Program-made: the position numbers and the translations under genes
Shown: positions 1 to 10,021 of the stretch, piece by piece
Position numbering within the stretch: position 1 is the first letter of the stretch
Layout of the letters: the number at the start of each line of letters is the position of its first letter
Virus record (IMG/VR): IMGVR_UViG_3300028591_000103
Location: 64,001-128,000 of that record
Source of the DNA: a virus
Taxonomy: Duplodnaviria > Caudoviricetes
DNA length: 64,000 nucleotides
Direction: 5' to 3' (one strand)
Notes under the pieces: generated by a model
Database searches by the model: none
Seen by the model: only the letters and a program-made list of their open reading frames with translations
What the model was told of the DNA's origin: nothing

Positions 1-1172
1 TGGAAAAACAACAAAAAGAATATGACTGGCTTGTTGAGCATCTGGATGAATTCAAAGAGATGATTCGAAATTATGACGAAGACAATATTTATTATCTGAA
101 AGGATTTGATATTCGGATTCACTTATTTGATTTTGATGATGAAATTAAATTGGTGAAGACGGTATTCGATTACATCAACAAATATCGTCCGATGTTTGTA
201 GAATCATGGAATGCTACTTTTGACCATCCGAGACTGTGGCATCGTATCGAATATCTCGGATATGATCCCAAGAGCATTATTATCCCGAAAGAATTCAAAA
301 CTGATCAGATATTCTATAAGGAAGATCAGACTGGTAACTTTGCAATGAAGACATCCAGAAACTGGTTCTTTACTTCGACATATTCTATCTATATCTGTCA
401 AATGAGATTGTTTGCTGCGATCAGAAAATCCCAACAAGAGAGACGATCATATTCTCTGTCTTCTGTTGGTAAGGATATGTGTAAGATTGATAAGTTGACA
501 GATACGAAATCTGGTTCATTCCGTTTATTCCCGTACACAGACTTTTTGAAGTTTCTGTTGTACAATGTTCGTGATACCGTTGTACAGTATGCAATCGGAT
601 TGAAGACGGGTGACTGTTCTACACTGGTCAACCGTTCATTCAAGTTTGCAACGCCATATCCAAAATGCTTCCAGGAAACTCATATTGTGAGAAATGCGCG
701 TGAGTATTATTATGAGAAATTCTCGAAGAAAGTACAAGCGTGTAGATTGATTGTAGACAACACGCAGGATTCTGCATTCAAAGGAGCATTCGTGGCACCT
801 CCTGAGAAAAATGCTCCTACGGGTTTGGTGCTAAATGGTAAACGTCACAACAACATCATATATGGTGCACTGGATGCTGATGCTGCATCATACTATCCAT
901 CTACCAAAATGGGAATGAATATGGATCCAATGTCATTGTTATATAAATGCATTATTCCAAATGATTCATTCCAGAATGGAACCTGTACGAATCGATCTTT
1001 GTGTCAAGAATACTTATGGTATGACACAAAGAATCGTGCGCATAATGAAGATTTGTCAGGACCTATCATCAATGCGTATAAGAATAAAAATACGTGTTCG
1101 TTGATGAATAACTGGTTTAATCTTCCAACGGTTTCTGAGTATTTTGCGTATCTGGATATGAATATGAAATAA
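1..1172 (+). CDS. Family B DNA polymerase, N-terminal subunit (3'-5' exonuclease + motif A); 5'-truncated by window edge
   Basis: Frame open from base 3; ExoII SWNATFD, ExoIII YNVRD, FKGAFV, motif A DADAASYYPS; no motif B or C. Confidence 0.88.
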   Translation, partial: EKQQKEYDWLVEHLDEFKEMIRNYDEDNIYYLKGFDIRIHLFDFDDEIKLVKTVFDYINKYRPMFVESWNATFDHPRLWHRIEYLGYDPKSIIIPKEFKTDQIFYKEDQTGNFAMKTSRNWFFTSTYSIYICQMRLFAAIRKSQQERRSYSLSSVGKDMCKIDKLTDTKSGSFRLFPYTDFLKFLLYNVRDTVVQYAIGLKTGDCSTLVNRSFKFATPYPKCFQETHIVRNAREYYYEKFSKKVQACRLIVDNTQDSAFKGAFVAPPEKNAPTGLVLNGKRHNNIIYGALDADAASYYPSTKMGMNMDPMSLLYKCIIPNDSFQNGTCTNRSLCQEYLWYDTKNRAHNEDLSGPIINAYKNKNTCSLMNNWFNLPTVSEYFAYLDMNMK

Positions 1173-1194
1173 CAAAAGGAGGCGTTGATTCATC

Positions 1195-3474
1195 ATGAAT
1201 CAATACGAATTTACAGACGATATTCCATCTTTGGAATTGGGTGAGACATCAAAACAGTACATGATGTTGTATGGTATCAATATTATTGTACAACGAGCAA
1301 TCCCAATGTTGGTCGATGGATTGAAACCGGTTCATCGCAGAATCATGTGGGCTATGTATCGTGCGCATAAGAATAACTTTATCAAAGTTGCAGAAATTCA
1401 AGGTGATACGTTAAAGTTTTCACCACACTCTGAATTGGGTACACGATTCATTGTTGCTGGATTGGCCCAACCCTTTTCGAATAATGTACCATTCTTAACT
1501 CCGAATGGAAACTGTGGTACAGCTACTGCAGGTGATGATTGTGGTGCTGCTCGTTATTGGAGTGCACGTATTTCTGACTTTTCGATGGATGTCTTCTTTT
1601 CAGAATTCGACGCAAAGGTAAACATGAAACCGAACTATGATGGAGAATATATGGAACCAATTACATTCCCTGCAAAGTTTCCTACAATTCTTTTGAATGG
1701 TTCGAATGGTATCGCATACACAATGTCTTCTGATCTGTTACCGTATAATTTGAATGAGATTGCAGATGCAACAATCAAATTATTGAAAAATCCTGAAGCG
1801 AAAGTGAATCTGATTCCAGATTCTCCAACAGGATGTGACATTCTGAAACGAGATGATCAAACATTCGTGATGCAATCATCGTTTGATGTTGATAACTTGA
1901 ATTATACAATTACATTCAAGAATACACCATATGGAGAATACTTGAATGATATCAATAAACGACTGTGTGCAATTCAAGATGGAGAGCATCCCATCAAAGA
2001 GATCTTATCTGCAGAAGATGAATCCGAATTGTCTGAAGGAAAGATTCGGTATGTTGTTCGTTGTAAACCGTGCAACTTGTATCAAATCATCAATCAGTTA
2101 TTCAAACGAGTTCCTGGATTCCGTGTCACAGTATCGACAAAGAATGCGAAAGTCATTGACACAAAACGCAGGACTCAGCATTACAACGAACGGCAGATTC
2201 TTTGCGCATGGATTTCCAATCGTCTGAAAGAAAAGCGTTCATACTATTTGAGAAAGTTGGTTGATAAAACCACTGAACATAATATGATGGAAGCAAAAGT
2301 ATTCATGTTATCGCCAGAGAATTTGAATAAGACGATTAAGGTATTCCGCAAGTGTGAAGAATCCGATGAAATCGTACAAAGCTTGATGGAAACCTACAAG
2401 GGTAAAGTATCATCTTCTCAAGCAAACTACATATCTGATATGAAGATGAATAAATTGACCAATGGCGAATATGTAAGGACGTTAAATAAACTGAAAGAGA
2501 TTTCTGATGAGATCAAAACTCTGAAAGAAATCGTAAATGATCCGAACCGTATTCGTGATATTATCATTGATGATATCAAAGAGATCAAAGAGAAGTACGG
2601 GTGTCCGCGCCGCAGTAAGATTCTGAATCACAATACAAATGCAGCAGTTCATATTGGAATCTGTCAGATATTAACAGATGGATCTGTGTTATTCTCAGAG
2701 ACAGAGAATCCAGATCATTTCTCATCAGATGTAACACCGATTGATGGAGATGAAGTTTGTCTGATTGATAAGCATGGACGCTTCTTGTGGGTGAATGTAA
2801 ATAAGATTCCACAGGGTAAACCTATGACATTGACATCGATTGGACGTCAACAGATGGATGCATGTATTGCAGCTGTTTCAAAGTCCGAACGTTCTATTGT
2901 GATGCTTTCTAATAAAGGACGAATCAAGTTAATGCCAACAAATCGAATCCCATCTAATCAATCCAGAAAACCATTGATTCCGCTGAACGATGATGAGTAT
3001 CTCGTATCAATTCTGGAAGTAAATGGTACATCGGATGATTTGTTGATGTACACAACGGATGGATTGGGTAAACGATTCTCTGTGTCTGAATTGAACATGG
3101 TGAATTCTCCGGATGCACAAGGACAGTTCATTGTCAAAGAAGATTGTGATGCTGCCGGAATCTTTATCGTGACGAATAAAAAGCCGCTAATTTTCTATGT
3201 TACACGGCTTGGAAGAGTCCGATTGAATCAATCCAAATTCCTGGTGTCTGGTAAGAAATTCGGTGGTTTGAAACCCATTATCAAGTTATCATCGCAAGAT
3301 GATCTGATTGCAGTATTCTGCTGTGACCCCTCTCAAGCAGTTACAATGTATCATGCAGATGGAAGAGTTTCATGTGTAAATGTGAATTCATTGCAACCAG
3401 TTACAATGAATACACCTCCTGCGAAACCAAAACATGTTCCTGGTATCAAAGTCATACGAGCAACACTGTCTTGA
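1195..3474 (+). CDS. gyrA: Type IIA topoisomerase subunit A (GyrA/ParC-like)
   Basis: RAIPMLVDGLKPVHRR, catalytic AARY, FPTILLNGSNGIA, C-terminal beta-pinwheel-like repeats; SD AAGGAGG. Confidence 0.9.
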   Translation: MNQYEFTDDIPSLELGETSKQYMMLYGINIIVQRAIPMLVDGLKPVHRRIMWAMYRAHKNNFIKVAEIQGDTLKFSPHSELGTRFIVAGLAQPFSNNVPFLTPNGNCGTATAGDDCGAARYWSARISDFSMDVFFSEFDAKVNMKPNYDGEYMEPITFPAKFPTILLNGSNGIAYTMSSDLLPYNLNEIADATIKLLKNPEAKVNLIPDSPTGCDILKRDDQTFVMQSSFDVDNLNYTITFKNTPYGEYLNDINKRLCAIQDGEHPIKEILSAEDESELSEGKIRYVVRCKPCNLYQIINQLFKRVPGFRVTVSTKNAKVIDTKRRTQHYNERQILCAWISNRLKEKRSYYLRKLVDKTTEHNMMEAKVFMLSPENLNKTIKVFRKCEESDEIVQSLMETYKGKVSSSQANYISDMKMNKLTNGEYVRTLNKLKEISDEIKTLKEIVNDPNRIRDIIIDDIKEIKEKYGCPRRSKILNHNTNAAVHIGICQILTDGSVLFSETENPDHFSSDVTPIDGDEVCLIDKHGRFLWVNVNKIPQGKPMTLTSIGRQQMDACIAAVSKSERSIVMLSNKGRIKLMPTNRIPSNQSRKPLIPLNDDEYLVSILEVNGTSDDLLMYTTDGLGKRFSVSELNMVNSPDAQGQFIVKEDCDAAGIFIVTNKKPLIFYVTRLGRVRLNQSKFLVSGKKFGGLKPIIKLSSQDDLIAVFCCDPSQAVTMYHADGRVSCVNVNSLQPVTMNTPPAKPKHVPGIKVIRATLS

Positions 3475-3492
3475 TTCAGAAAGGAGTTAGTT

Positions 3493-3705
3493 ATGAAAAT
3501 CTTTAAACGTCAGCCACGTGTATCAATCGTGAAGGAAGAACCCGATGGAAAAGAAGTCCTCAGAAAAACTGAGGACTTCAAGTTGTATGTTATTCGGAAA
3601 AGCTCTGATGATTCTATACTTGGTACCGTTTTATTGACAACTGCTCAGTTTCACATTCTAAATGAATCCTGTAACGCACAAGGAATCAAATTCACGGAGA
3701 GGTGA
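3493..3705 (+). CDS. Hypothetical protein (70 aa)
   Basis: SD AAAGGAG, operon position. Confidence 0.75.
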   Translation: MKIFKRQPRVSIVKEEPDGKEVLRKTEDFKLYVIRKSSDDSILGTVLLTTAQFHILNESCNAQGIKFTER

Positions 3706-3711
3706 TGTAAT

Positions 3712-5241
3712 ATTTTTACCGTTACAATTCGTGCAACATCCGTTATGATCACCCCGGGTTCAGAAGCGCTCATTCCTTTACAACCATTGATCAATCTTCA
3801 TGAATATGAAGATGAATATCAAGATACAGTGAATGTTCTGGGATATATGTTAGATGAAGAACATGATGTCTTGTATTTCCATAAAGGAATAGATATCAAT
3901 TATCTGAAAAGATTATTGGTGGATGTTGAGTTCAAATTCGATCCGTATGATCCCTATCAAGAAATGAGATATCAGTTTGAGGAAGTCTATGCTCCGAGAG
4001 ATGAAGATCAAGAAGATGCTATCGACTTTATATCCGGAGAACATGGACACAAATCAAACATCAATGATTCTCAAATATTCTTGGTACTTGCAACTGGCGC
4101 CGGAAAGACGTATTGTGCTGGATACGGTGCTGGTGTATTGGGTTTAAAGACTCTTATCATCATGCATCGAGATAATCTTCGATCTCAATGGAAAAAATCT
4201 CTCCATGATTTAAATGGATATACTTCTAAAGAGGTATATGAATTGACATCATCCGAAGAATTGGAAATGATTGCAAATGGTGAATTGGAATATGATTATG
4301 ATATCTATCTAATGACACATGCGACATTCCGAGCAGGATGTAATCGTATTCGAGATTGTGAAAAGATTCGTAATATCACAAAGAATCTACATATCGGACT
4401 GAAGATCATTGATGAAGCACATCTTGAATTCCGCGATACATTAATCATGGATTTCCTGTTTAATGTAAAACGGAATTTATATCTAACTGCTACTGATGGT
4501 AGATCATCTAAAGATGAGAATGCTATCTTCAAACATGTATTTGCAAATACAACATTCTATCGTCGTGCAGAGCATTCTTCAAAGAATCATCCTGATAAAT
4601 GGGTTGAATACATCACCGTTGATATCAACACACATGTTCCAATCAGTATTTATAAATACCGCGTCAATGGTGGTAGAGGAATGTCTGCAATTACCTATGG
4701 AAAATGGGTAATCCAGTATGACAAAAAGAAAACACATTTCAAAGTGTGTAAAGAAATCTTAAAAGAGATTTTTACAAATGAATCGACTGCGAAAGTAATT
4801 GTGTTTATGCCGTTGATAGATCTATGTACGGACTGTGCAGAATACCTGTCAAAAGAATTGAATGATGATGACGCATTTGATTTTTATCTTGAAATCAGAA
4901 CTGTGAATTCCCATAATTCAAAATCCGAAAATGAATATAATAAAAAAGCGGATGTAATCGTGACTACGATTCAATCACTTGGAACTGGTTCTGATATTAA
5001 AGGTATCACCGATATTATCAATTGCTCACCGATTGTATCAAAGATTGTTGTAAAGCAGGTGCTTGGTAGAATTCGTTATATTGCGAAGCCATGTCATTAC
5101 TACGACATCGTAGATCAATCTGTACAAGCAGATGTATATTGGTGGAAGTCTAGATCTCGTACATTAAAAGCATTGACGACGAAGTATACACATCTTACGT
5201 GGTTAGAAGATAAAGGAGATGAACAAAATGACTCCGATTAA
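3712..5241 (+). CDS. Superfamily 2 DEAH-box helicase (UvsW/Rad25-like)
   Basis: Walker A LATGAGKT, IIDEAH, TAT, QVLGRIR; SD GAGGTG lies 7 nt before in-frame ATT at 3712 (first ATG at 3745). Confidence 0.88.
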   Translation: MFTVTIRATSVMITPGSEALIPLQPLINLHEYEDEYQDTVNVLGYMLDEEHDVLYFHKGIDINYLKRLLVDVEFKFDPYDPYQEMRYQFEEVYAPRDEDQEDAIDFISGEHGHKSNINDSQIFLVLATGAGKTYCAGYGAGVLGLKTLIIMHRDNLRSQWKKSLHDLNGYTSKEVYELTSSEELEMIANGELEYDYDIYLMTHATFRAGCNRIRDCEKIRNITKNLHIGLKIIDEAHLEFRDTLIMDFLFNVKRNLYLTATDGRSSKDENAIFKHVFANTTFYRRAEHSSKNHPDKWVEYITVDINTHVPISIYKYRVNGGRGMSAITYGKWVIQYDKKKTHFKVCKEILKEIFTNESTAKVIVFMPLIDLCTDCAEYLSKELNDDDAFDFYLEIRTVNSHNSKSENEYNKKADVIVTTIQSLGTGSDIKGITDIINCSPIVSKIVVKQVLGRIRYIAKPCHYYDIVDQSVQADVYWWKSRSRTLKALTTKYTHLTWLEDKGDEQNDSD

Positions 5242-5605
5242 ATTCATAGAAGAAATCATGCATAAAAAGAATCGATTGATTGCGATTTCGTTAGTTCTGA
5301 ATATCGGTGCATATATCATCACCCGTTTAATTATGAATCGTGCATCATTATCGGAACGAACAGAAACATTGATCACAGGTGGCGTTCTCATTATCAGTAC
5401 AGCATTCGTATTGATTTCCAATAAGAAAGCTGATAATAAGATAAGAGAATCATCATATGATCGAATTGAAATGGAGAATTATGAATTCGCAAAAGCTGTA
5501 TATGAACATAAGCTATATGAGGATTCACAAATCATCCCCGTGATTAAGGCAACGCAAACAGTCATGAAAAGTAAATCAAAAGACATTCGTATTGGAGGGG
5601 CCTGA
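5219..5605 (+). CDS. Hypothetical membrane protein
   Basis: Two hydrophobic stretches; SD AAAGGAG. Confidence 0.65.
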   Translation: MNKMTPIKFIEEIMHKKNRLIAISLVLNIGAYIITRLIMNRASLSERTETLITGGVLIISTAFVLISNKKADNKIRESSYDRIEMENYEFAKAVYEHKLYEDSQIIPVIKATQTVMKSKSKDIRIGGA

Positions 5606-5616
5606 GCCCCTCCAAT
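5591..5616. terminator. Bidirectional intrinsic terminator
   Basis: ATTGGAGGGGC-CTGA-GCCCCTCCAAT between convergent genes, T-tract follows. Confidence 0.8.
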
Positions 5617-5626
5617 CATTTCTTTT

Positions 5627-6115
5627 TTATTTATCAGCTTCCTCTTCCGAGGACGGAGGATGTGTTTTAAAATCATGATCCTTCGGATCATAATAAAACT
5701 CCTCATCAAAGACGTTCGGAGGATCCGGGAGATCTGGGAATTCGATATCAGGATCTAACTCATGTAATCTTTTTTCAAGCCAGGAACGATAACGATGATC
5801 ATCACCAACGATCCAATTCATCAACGAAGAAAGCTTGTTATTCAAAACATCAACTTTCTTAATCAGTTTTGAATTCTCTTCTCGAAGTTCAGCAACCTGC
5901 TTCTTGGTTTCTTCGTTCAACTTCTTGGTTTCCTCGTTGACATCTTTCATTGTCTTGGTCACATATTCCATGAGATTCTTCTCATTTATGATCTGCTGTT
6001 CTTTCGCTTCCGCACGATATTTTCGATATGAGAATATTGTTGTAAGAATTGCAGACAATCCCGCGCCACCGCCGATTGCGCCAACTACGACAGCGATTGA
6101 TGTTGCTCCATCCAT
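5627..6115 (-). CDS. N-terminal TM + coiled-coil protein (holin/lysis accessory-like)
   Basis: Gly-rich TM helix then heptad coiled coil; near the holin. Confidence 0.6.
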   Translation of the reverse strand: MDGATSIAVVVGAIGGGAGLSAILTTIFSYRKYRAEAKEQQIINEKNLMEYVTKTMKDVNEETKKLNEETKKQVAELREENSKLIKKVDVLNNKLSSLMNWIVGDDHRYRSWLEKRLHELDPDIEFPDLPDPPNVFDEEFYYDPKDHDFKTHPPSSEEEADK

Positions 6116-6193
6116 AATAATACCACCTTTAAAATTTTATAGGACAACTTGTTGTCGTTCCTTAATCTTGAGTTTGATTTCCATATTTTCCGA

Positions 6194-6205
6194 AACATCA
6201 AATTA
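6194..6205 (+). promoter_or_regulatory. Putative late promoter AACA-N6-TA
   Basis: AACATCAAATTA upstream of the 6247 ORF. Confidence 0.45.
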
Positions 6206-6246
6206 GGTGTTTTCACCAAATACATATGTGGAGGCGATTCTTTCAA

Positions 6247-6489
6247 ATGAAAAAGGGTTTAAAACTAATCAAAGTCGAAATTGATTCGGATGGAAAAATG
6301 AAGTGTTTCACAATCTCAAAATCCGGAGAAGTTGCATCATTGACGTTGACACGCACGCAACGTCATTTGTTCCGCCGTTATACAGATCATGATTTCATTG
6401 ATCAGATTGAATCGGAATTCGGTCCAAACATGTTGGATGATACATTTGTAATTACGATGAACGGCGAAACTGTGTTTTCTTTGGAATAA
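6247..6489 (+). CDS. Hypothetical protein
   Basis: SD GGAGG before ATG 6247. Confidence 0.7.
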   Translation: MKKGLKLIKVEIDSDGKMKCFTISKSGEVASLTLTRTQRHLFRRYTDHDFIDQIESEFGPNMLDDTFVITMNGETVFSLE

Positions 6490-6504
6490 GATTGAGTATG
6501 ATGA

Positions 6505-6532
6505 AATCATGCGGGCTTTTGCCCGCATGATT
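6505..6532. terminator. Bidirectional terminator
   Basis: AATCATGCGGGC-TTTT-GCCCGCATGATT, perfect 12-bp stem between convergent genes. Confidence 0.8.
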
Positions 6533-6870
6533 CATTCATCTTTTGATTCTCCGTCTTCTGTCTTGGTTTCTTCAACCGGTTTAGAAGTAATGATGAGTTC
6601 ATCCTTATCTTTTGTCAGTTGTTTGTAAACCTGATGATATCCGGTTCCACATCCACCAGCTGCCAATCCGATAAAGATTGCTTCAACGATGTTATTCCCC
6701 ATATTAACGCTCGGAATAAAATATCCCCAGACTCCAAGGACAATTCCGAAGATCAGTGAAAGAATGGGAACATAACGATCGATCTTCAAATCAAAGCATG
6801 ATGCAATTCGTTTTGCAGCATCATCCAGAATCATGACAAATGCCGAAATCGTTACAATTGAAAACTCCAT
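6532..6870 (-). CDS. Holin (3 TM, Firmicutes phage type)
   Basis: Start MEFSIV after AGGAG; RYVPILSLIFGIVLG and AIFIGLAAGGCGTGYHQVYKQL, charged tail. Confidence 0.8.
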   Translation of the reverse strand: MEFSIVTISAFVMILDDAAKRIASCFDLKIDRYVPILSLIFGIVLGVWGYFIPSVNMGNNIVEAIFIGLAAGGCGTGYHQVYKQLTKDKDELIITSKPVEETKTEDGESKDE

Positions 6871-6891
6871 ATTTTTATCAACTCCTACATA

Positions 6892-6933
6892 TATATGATT
6901 ACATCGAATATCGCAGAGCCTGTATGCGATATT
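6892..6933 (+). promoter_or_regulatory. Putative early promoter + 5' hairpin
   Basis: TATATGATT-ACAT-CGAATA, then AATATCGCA/TGCGATATT stem. Confidence 0.6.
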
Positions 6934-6957
6934 ACTAAAACGTGGAGGTATGTTTAT

Positions 6958-7110
6958 ATGTGCAAGAATCCAGTTGATCTCATTATCAAACATAATAAGG
7001 TGATTTTGAAACCGAATGAAGTGAATGGTATGGATCCACGGATGCTCATTGACACTGATGAGAACAATGACACAAAAATCAAAAAGGAGGAAAAGAAAAA
7101 TGGAAAATGA
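6958..7110 (+). CDS. Small hypothetical protein (50 aa)
   Basis: SD GGAGG; first ORF after the early motif. Confidence 0.5.
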   Translation: MCKNPVDLIIKHNKVILKPNEVNGMDPRMLIDTDENNDTKIKKEEKKNGK

Positions 7111-7663
7111 AAAGTTTATCGACGTAACTGAAGAAGCTGATGTGTCTGATGCAATTCTTGAGCATGAGGCAAATCCAGAACCTGCTAAGAATCTTGATAC
7201 CGTGTTGTCATCTGCGTTAATGGATAACAATGACAACACGATCAAGATCCATTCTATATCAGCGAACACGTATCTGATGGATCGTGCTACAGTTGACTGG
7301 GAGCAAACAAGTCTCCCTGAAAATCTCCAGAAGATTTATAACAACAAAGATTACATTTATCGAGTATTGCGAGATCTTATGTTTACTCGAAATGTCGATG
7401 CTGAAGATATGAAGAAATTCGCAACTGATCAGGCTATGAATTTCGTAAAGCCTTTTGTAGAAGAATTCGGAATCCGTCCGAATTATAAAATGACATATCC
7501 CGATGCAGCTGAAATCGACGTTGCAATGTGTTATTGTTTTGATGCGATCATCATTCTGATGACCATCTTGACAGAAATCGCCGTATATCGCGCAACTCAT
7601 CCGGTAACAGCATCTGAAGTAGATGTTGAAAATATTGAAACCCACGAGGAGGAACAATCATGA
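7100..7663 (+). CDS. Acidic hypothetical protein
   Basis: SD AAGGAGG, start MENEK. Confidence 0.8.
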   Translation: MENEKFIDVTEEADVSDAILEHEANPEPAKNLDTVLSSALMDNNDNTIKIHSISANTYLMDRATVDWEQTSLPENLQKIYNNKDYIYRVLRDLMFTRNVDAEDMKKFATDQAMNFVKPFVEEFGIRPNYKMTYPDAAEIDVAMCYCFDAIIILMTILTEIAVYRATHPVTASEVDVENIETHEEEQS

Positions 7664-8478
7664 ATATCACGTTCAAAAAAATCCCAACCGCACAGATTCC
7701 CGATAATGTCATACAAATCACCGACATATTGAAGTTGGTAGAACTCCCTTCCGCTGATGCCGATGGAAAGGTTTCGTTGTCTCTGTTCTTTACAACAGAG
7801 AACAATCCGGAGACATATCTTTTTGAAGTAATTCCGGATACACAGACAGGAGCTCTCTCAGATGTCGTGAATGATATTCTGAAGAATCTGTTTGAGAAGA
7901 ATATCGAAGGTATCGATGACAATGAGCTGGGTCCGATCATTCGCGCTGTCAATATTGTCGCAGGGGATATTGCGAAGAATGAGTCATTCGATCCAACTGA
8001 TAAAATCGTCTATCACATGCTCAATGGTATGACGATCTTTTCCAATATGCGTGCACTCAATTGGGAAGATCTTATTAACCATCTGGGTGATATGGAGATG
8101 ACTGCAAACAATGTCCGTGTTCTGCTTCGTCTTCTGTTGACCGAACGTGTATTCACTCCTCCGAAGACTGATGACAATCCGGAACCGAAAGAAGTACCGG
8201 TTGAGGAATTCGTTGCAGATGAAATCAGGAAGTTCCGGGAAAACAACAAATATGACATTGATTACAGCATGTTCGACAATGACATTATTCCGACACGTGG
8301 TGTTCTGATCGCCGAGGTCATTGATATGCTGGAGATCTATAATGAATTCATCACTGTCACCAACATGATGAAAGTACAGCGTGATATCCTGAAAGCAACA
8401 CAACCGGAGATTCCGGAGAATGAGACATCCACAGAAGAAATCCCGACCACTGAAGCAGAAATTGTCAGTGAGGGGTGA
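7660..8478 (+). CDS. Acidic hypothetical protein
   Basis: ATGA overlap, SD GAGGAGG. Confidence 0.8.
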   Translation: MNITFKKIPTAQIPDNVIQITDILKLVELPSADADGKVSLSLFFTTENNPETYLFEVIPDTQTGALSDVVNDILKNLFEKNIEGIDDNELGPIIRAVNIVAGDIAKNESFDPTDKIVYHMLNGMTIFSNMRALNWEDLINHLGDMEMTANNVRVLLRLLLTERVFTPPKTDDNPEPKEVPVEEFVADEIRKFRENNKYDIDYSMFDNDIIPTRGVLIAEVIDMLEIYNEFITVTNMMKVQRDILKATQPEIPENETSTEEIPTTEAEIVSEG

Positions 8479-8484
8479 GTAAAA

Positions 8485-8667
8485 TTGAAACGGATCATCA
8501 TTGGTTCTGTTGCAATTGTTTCGGTTTCTTTCATGCTCGGTTGTATTTACCGAGCATGGGAGAATCATCAGAATAAATTAAGACGTATACAGCGTGAGAA
8601 TGAAAACGCTGCAAAATGTCCATACTATATTGAAGGGAGAAATGGTCATGTTCGTTGTGCACCATAA
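8485..8667 (+). CDS. Small membrane protein
   Basis: TTG start after GGGGTG; N-terminal TM. Confidence 0.5.
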   Translation: MKRIIIGSVAIVSVSFMLGCIYRAWENHQNKLRRIQRENENAAKCPYYIEGRNGHVRCAP

Positions 8668-9661
8668 CGACGATGACGGAAGATGTGCTGCGGCAATTGT
8701 ACAACGCGAATTCACATCATTTGAAACTGTTGATGAACACAATTACATCGAATATGGACACAGTGGTGAAATCGCACATGATTTCATCGAAGAACTGCGT
8801 CCGATGGGTGATAGTGTTTATATCGTTGATCTTGCTCTGGATGATGTGATTATTCAATTGATCAGAGATATTTTAGCACAAAAGCCGAATACAAAAATTA
8901 TTCATATCGATCATCATGAAACGACATTCAAACGCATGGAGAATTTATCTGACGAAGATAAAGTCATTATGTCAAATGAGAATATCACGAAATTCTATCG
9001 GAAAGATGCTTGTGGTGCTCTGTTGACATATATCTATTCATGCATGACAGAAGATGAGAGAGCTCATATCGATGAAATGTATTATGACTTTACAGAGGAA
9101 GGTAGTCATTTTGCATTCTTCCTGGATACTCCTCAGCAGAGAATCTATCGTATTCCGATGATGTTGCGATACATCAACGATTGGGATACATGGACACACG
9201 CTTTCAAAGAAACCAAGTATTTCAATCTTGGATTCGGATGTGTTGGGGATAAGCATCCAATGAATCCTGTATGGGATATCCTGTACGGAAATGATATCAC
9301 CATTATCGACAAATATCTCAAAGACGGAATGGCGATCTATTCGTACAAGGAATCTGAAAACAGACACAAGATGAAGTTTGCTCATGAATACAACATCTCA
9401 TGGGTTACAAGAGATGGGGAATTCAAGCAGACAACAATGTTGTGTCTGAATTCGAACGGCAATTCCACTGTATTCGGTGATAAGATCAATGAATACGATG
9501 TCGTGTGTTTGTACATGTATCATGGAGATACACAAAAATGGTATTACTCGATATATTCAACACGTGGCATCGACGTCTCTGAAATCGCTGAATATTATGG
9601 TGGTGGCGGACATCCGGGTGCATCTGGATTCCAGATCGATGATTTAATTTTCCTTCGATAA
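8648..9661 (+). CDS. DHH/DHHA1 phosphoesterase (NrnB-like)
   Basis: HNDDDG, IVD, IDHH, GGGGHPGASGF motifs. Confidence 0.9.
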   Translation: MFVVHHNDDDGRCAAAIVQREFTSFETVDEHNYIEYGHSGEIAHDFIEELRPMGDSVYIVDLALDDVIIQLIRDILAQKPNTKIIHIDHHETTFKRMENLSDEDKVIMSNENITKFYRKDACGALLTYIYSCMTEDERAHIDEMYYDFTEEGSHFAFFLDTPQQRIYRIPMMLRYINDWDTWTHAFKETKYFNLGFGCVGDKHPMNPVWDILYGNDITIIDKYLKDGMAIYSYKESENRHKMKFAHEYNISWVTRDGEFKQTTMLCLNSNGNSTVFGDKINEYDVVCLYMYHGDTQKWYYSIYSTRGIDVSEIAEYYGGGGHPGASGFQIDDLIFLR

Positions 9662-9670
9662 AAGCATTTA

Positions 9671-9700
9671 GATATATGGGGGCAGTAGCCCCCATATATC
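9671..9700. terminator. Terminator hairpin
   Basis: GATATATGGGGGC-AGTA-GCCCCCATATATC. Confidence 0.8.
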
Positions 9701-9910
9701 CATGCGTTCCTTTGATATTGATTGCCCGCGACATTGTCTTTAAACAATATCGATGCGTGCTCGGAGAAACCAATATCTGTATATATACAATCACACTGAT
9801 GAAAACAAAACCCATCCAAAGTTCCGATTCACTTAATACAAGAGGTGGTAAGAATCAAGTGAATGATGCGCATCACAGATTCATCTCGATCATTGGTCAA
9901 CGCCGCATGA
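9701..9910 (-). ncRNA. Putative structured RNA
   Basis: Ends pair (CATGCG/CGCATG); several 9-11 bp stems that need G-U pairs available only on the minus strand; no credible ORF. Confidence 0.5.
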
Positions 9911-10021
9911 ACTTATTTTTTTTTATACACATAATCTGTGTGAGATGGTTCTTAAGCAATATCGTAAATCCCGAGATTCCATTGAATGAGAATTGTCGCT
10001 CTTTTCACCAATATGATTGGA

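Noticed and set aside
6140-6153. Late promoter for the 5627-6115 gene
   Set aside because: AACA to TA spacing is 8 nt, not 6.
6871-7269. 245-aa long form of the holin
   Set aside because: The extension overlaps plus-strand genes and the early promoter; the SD supports a start at 6870.
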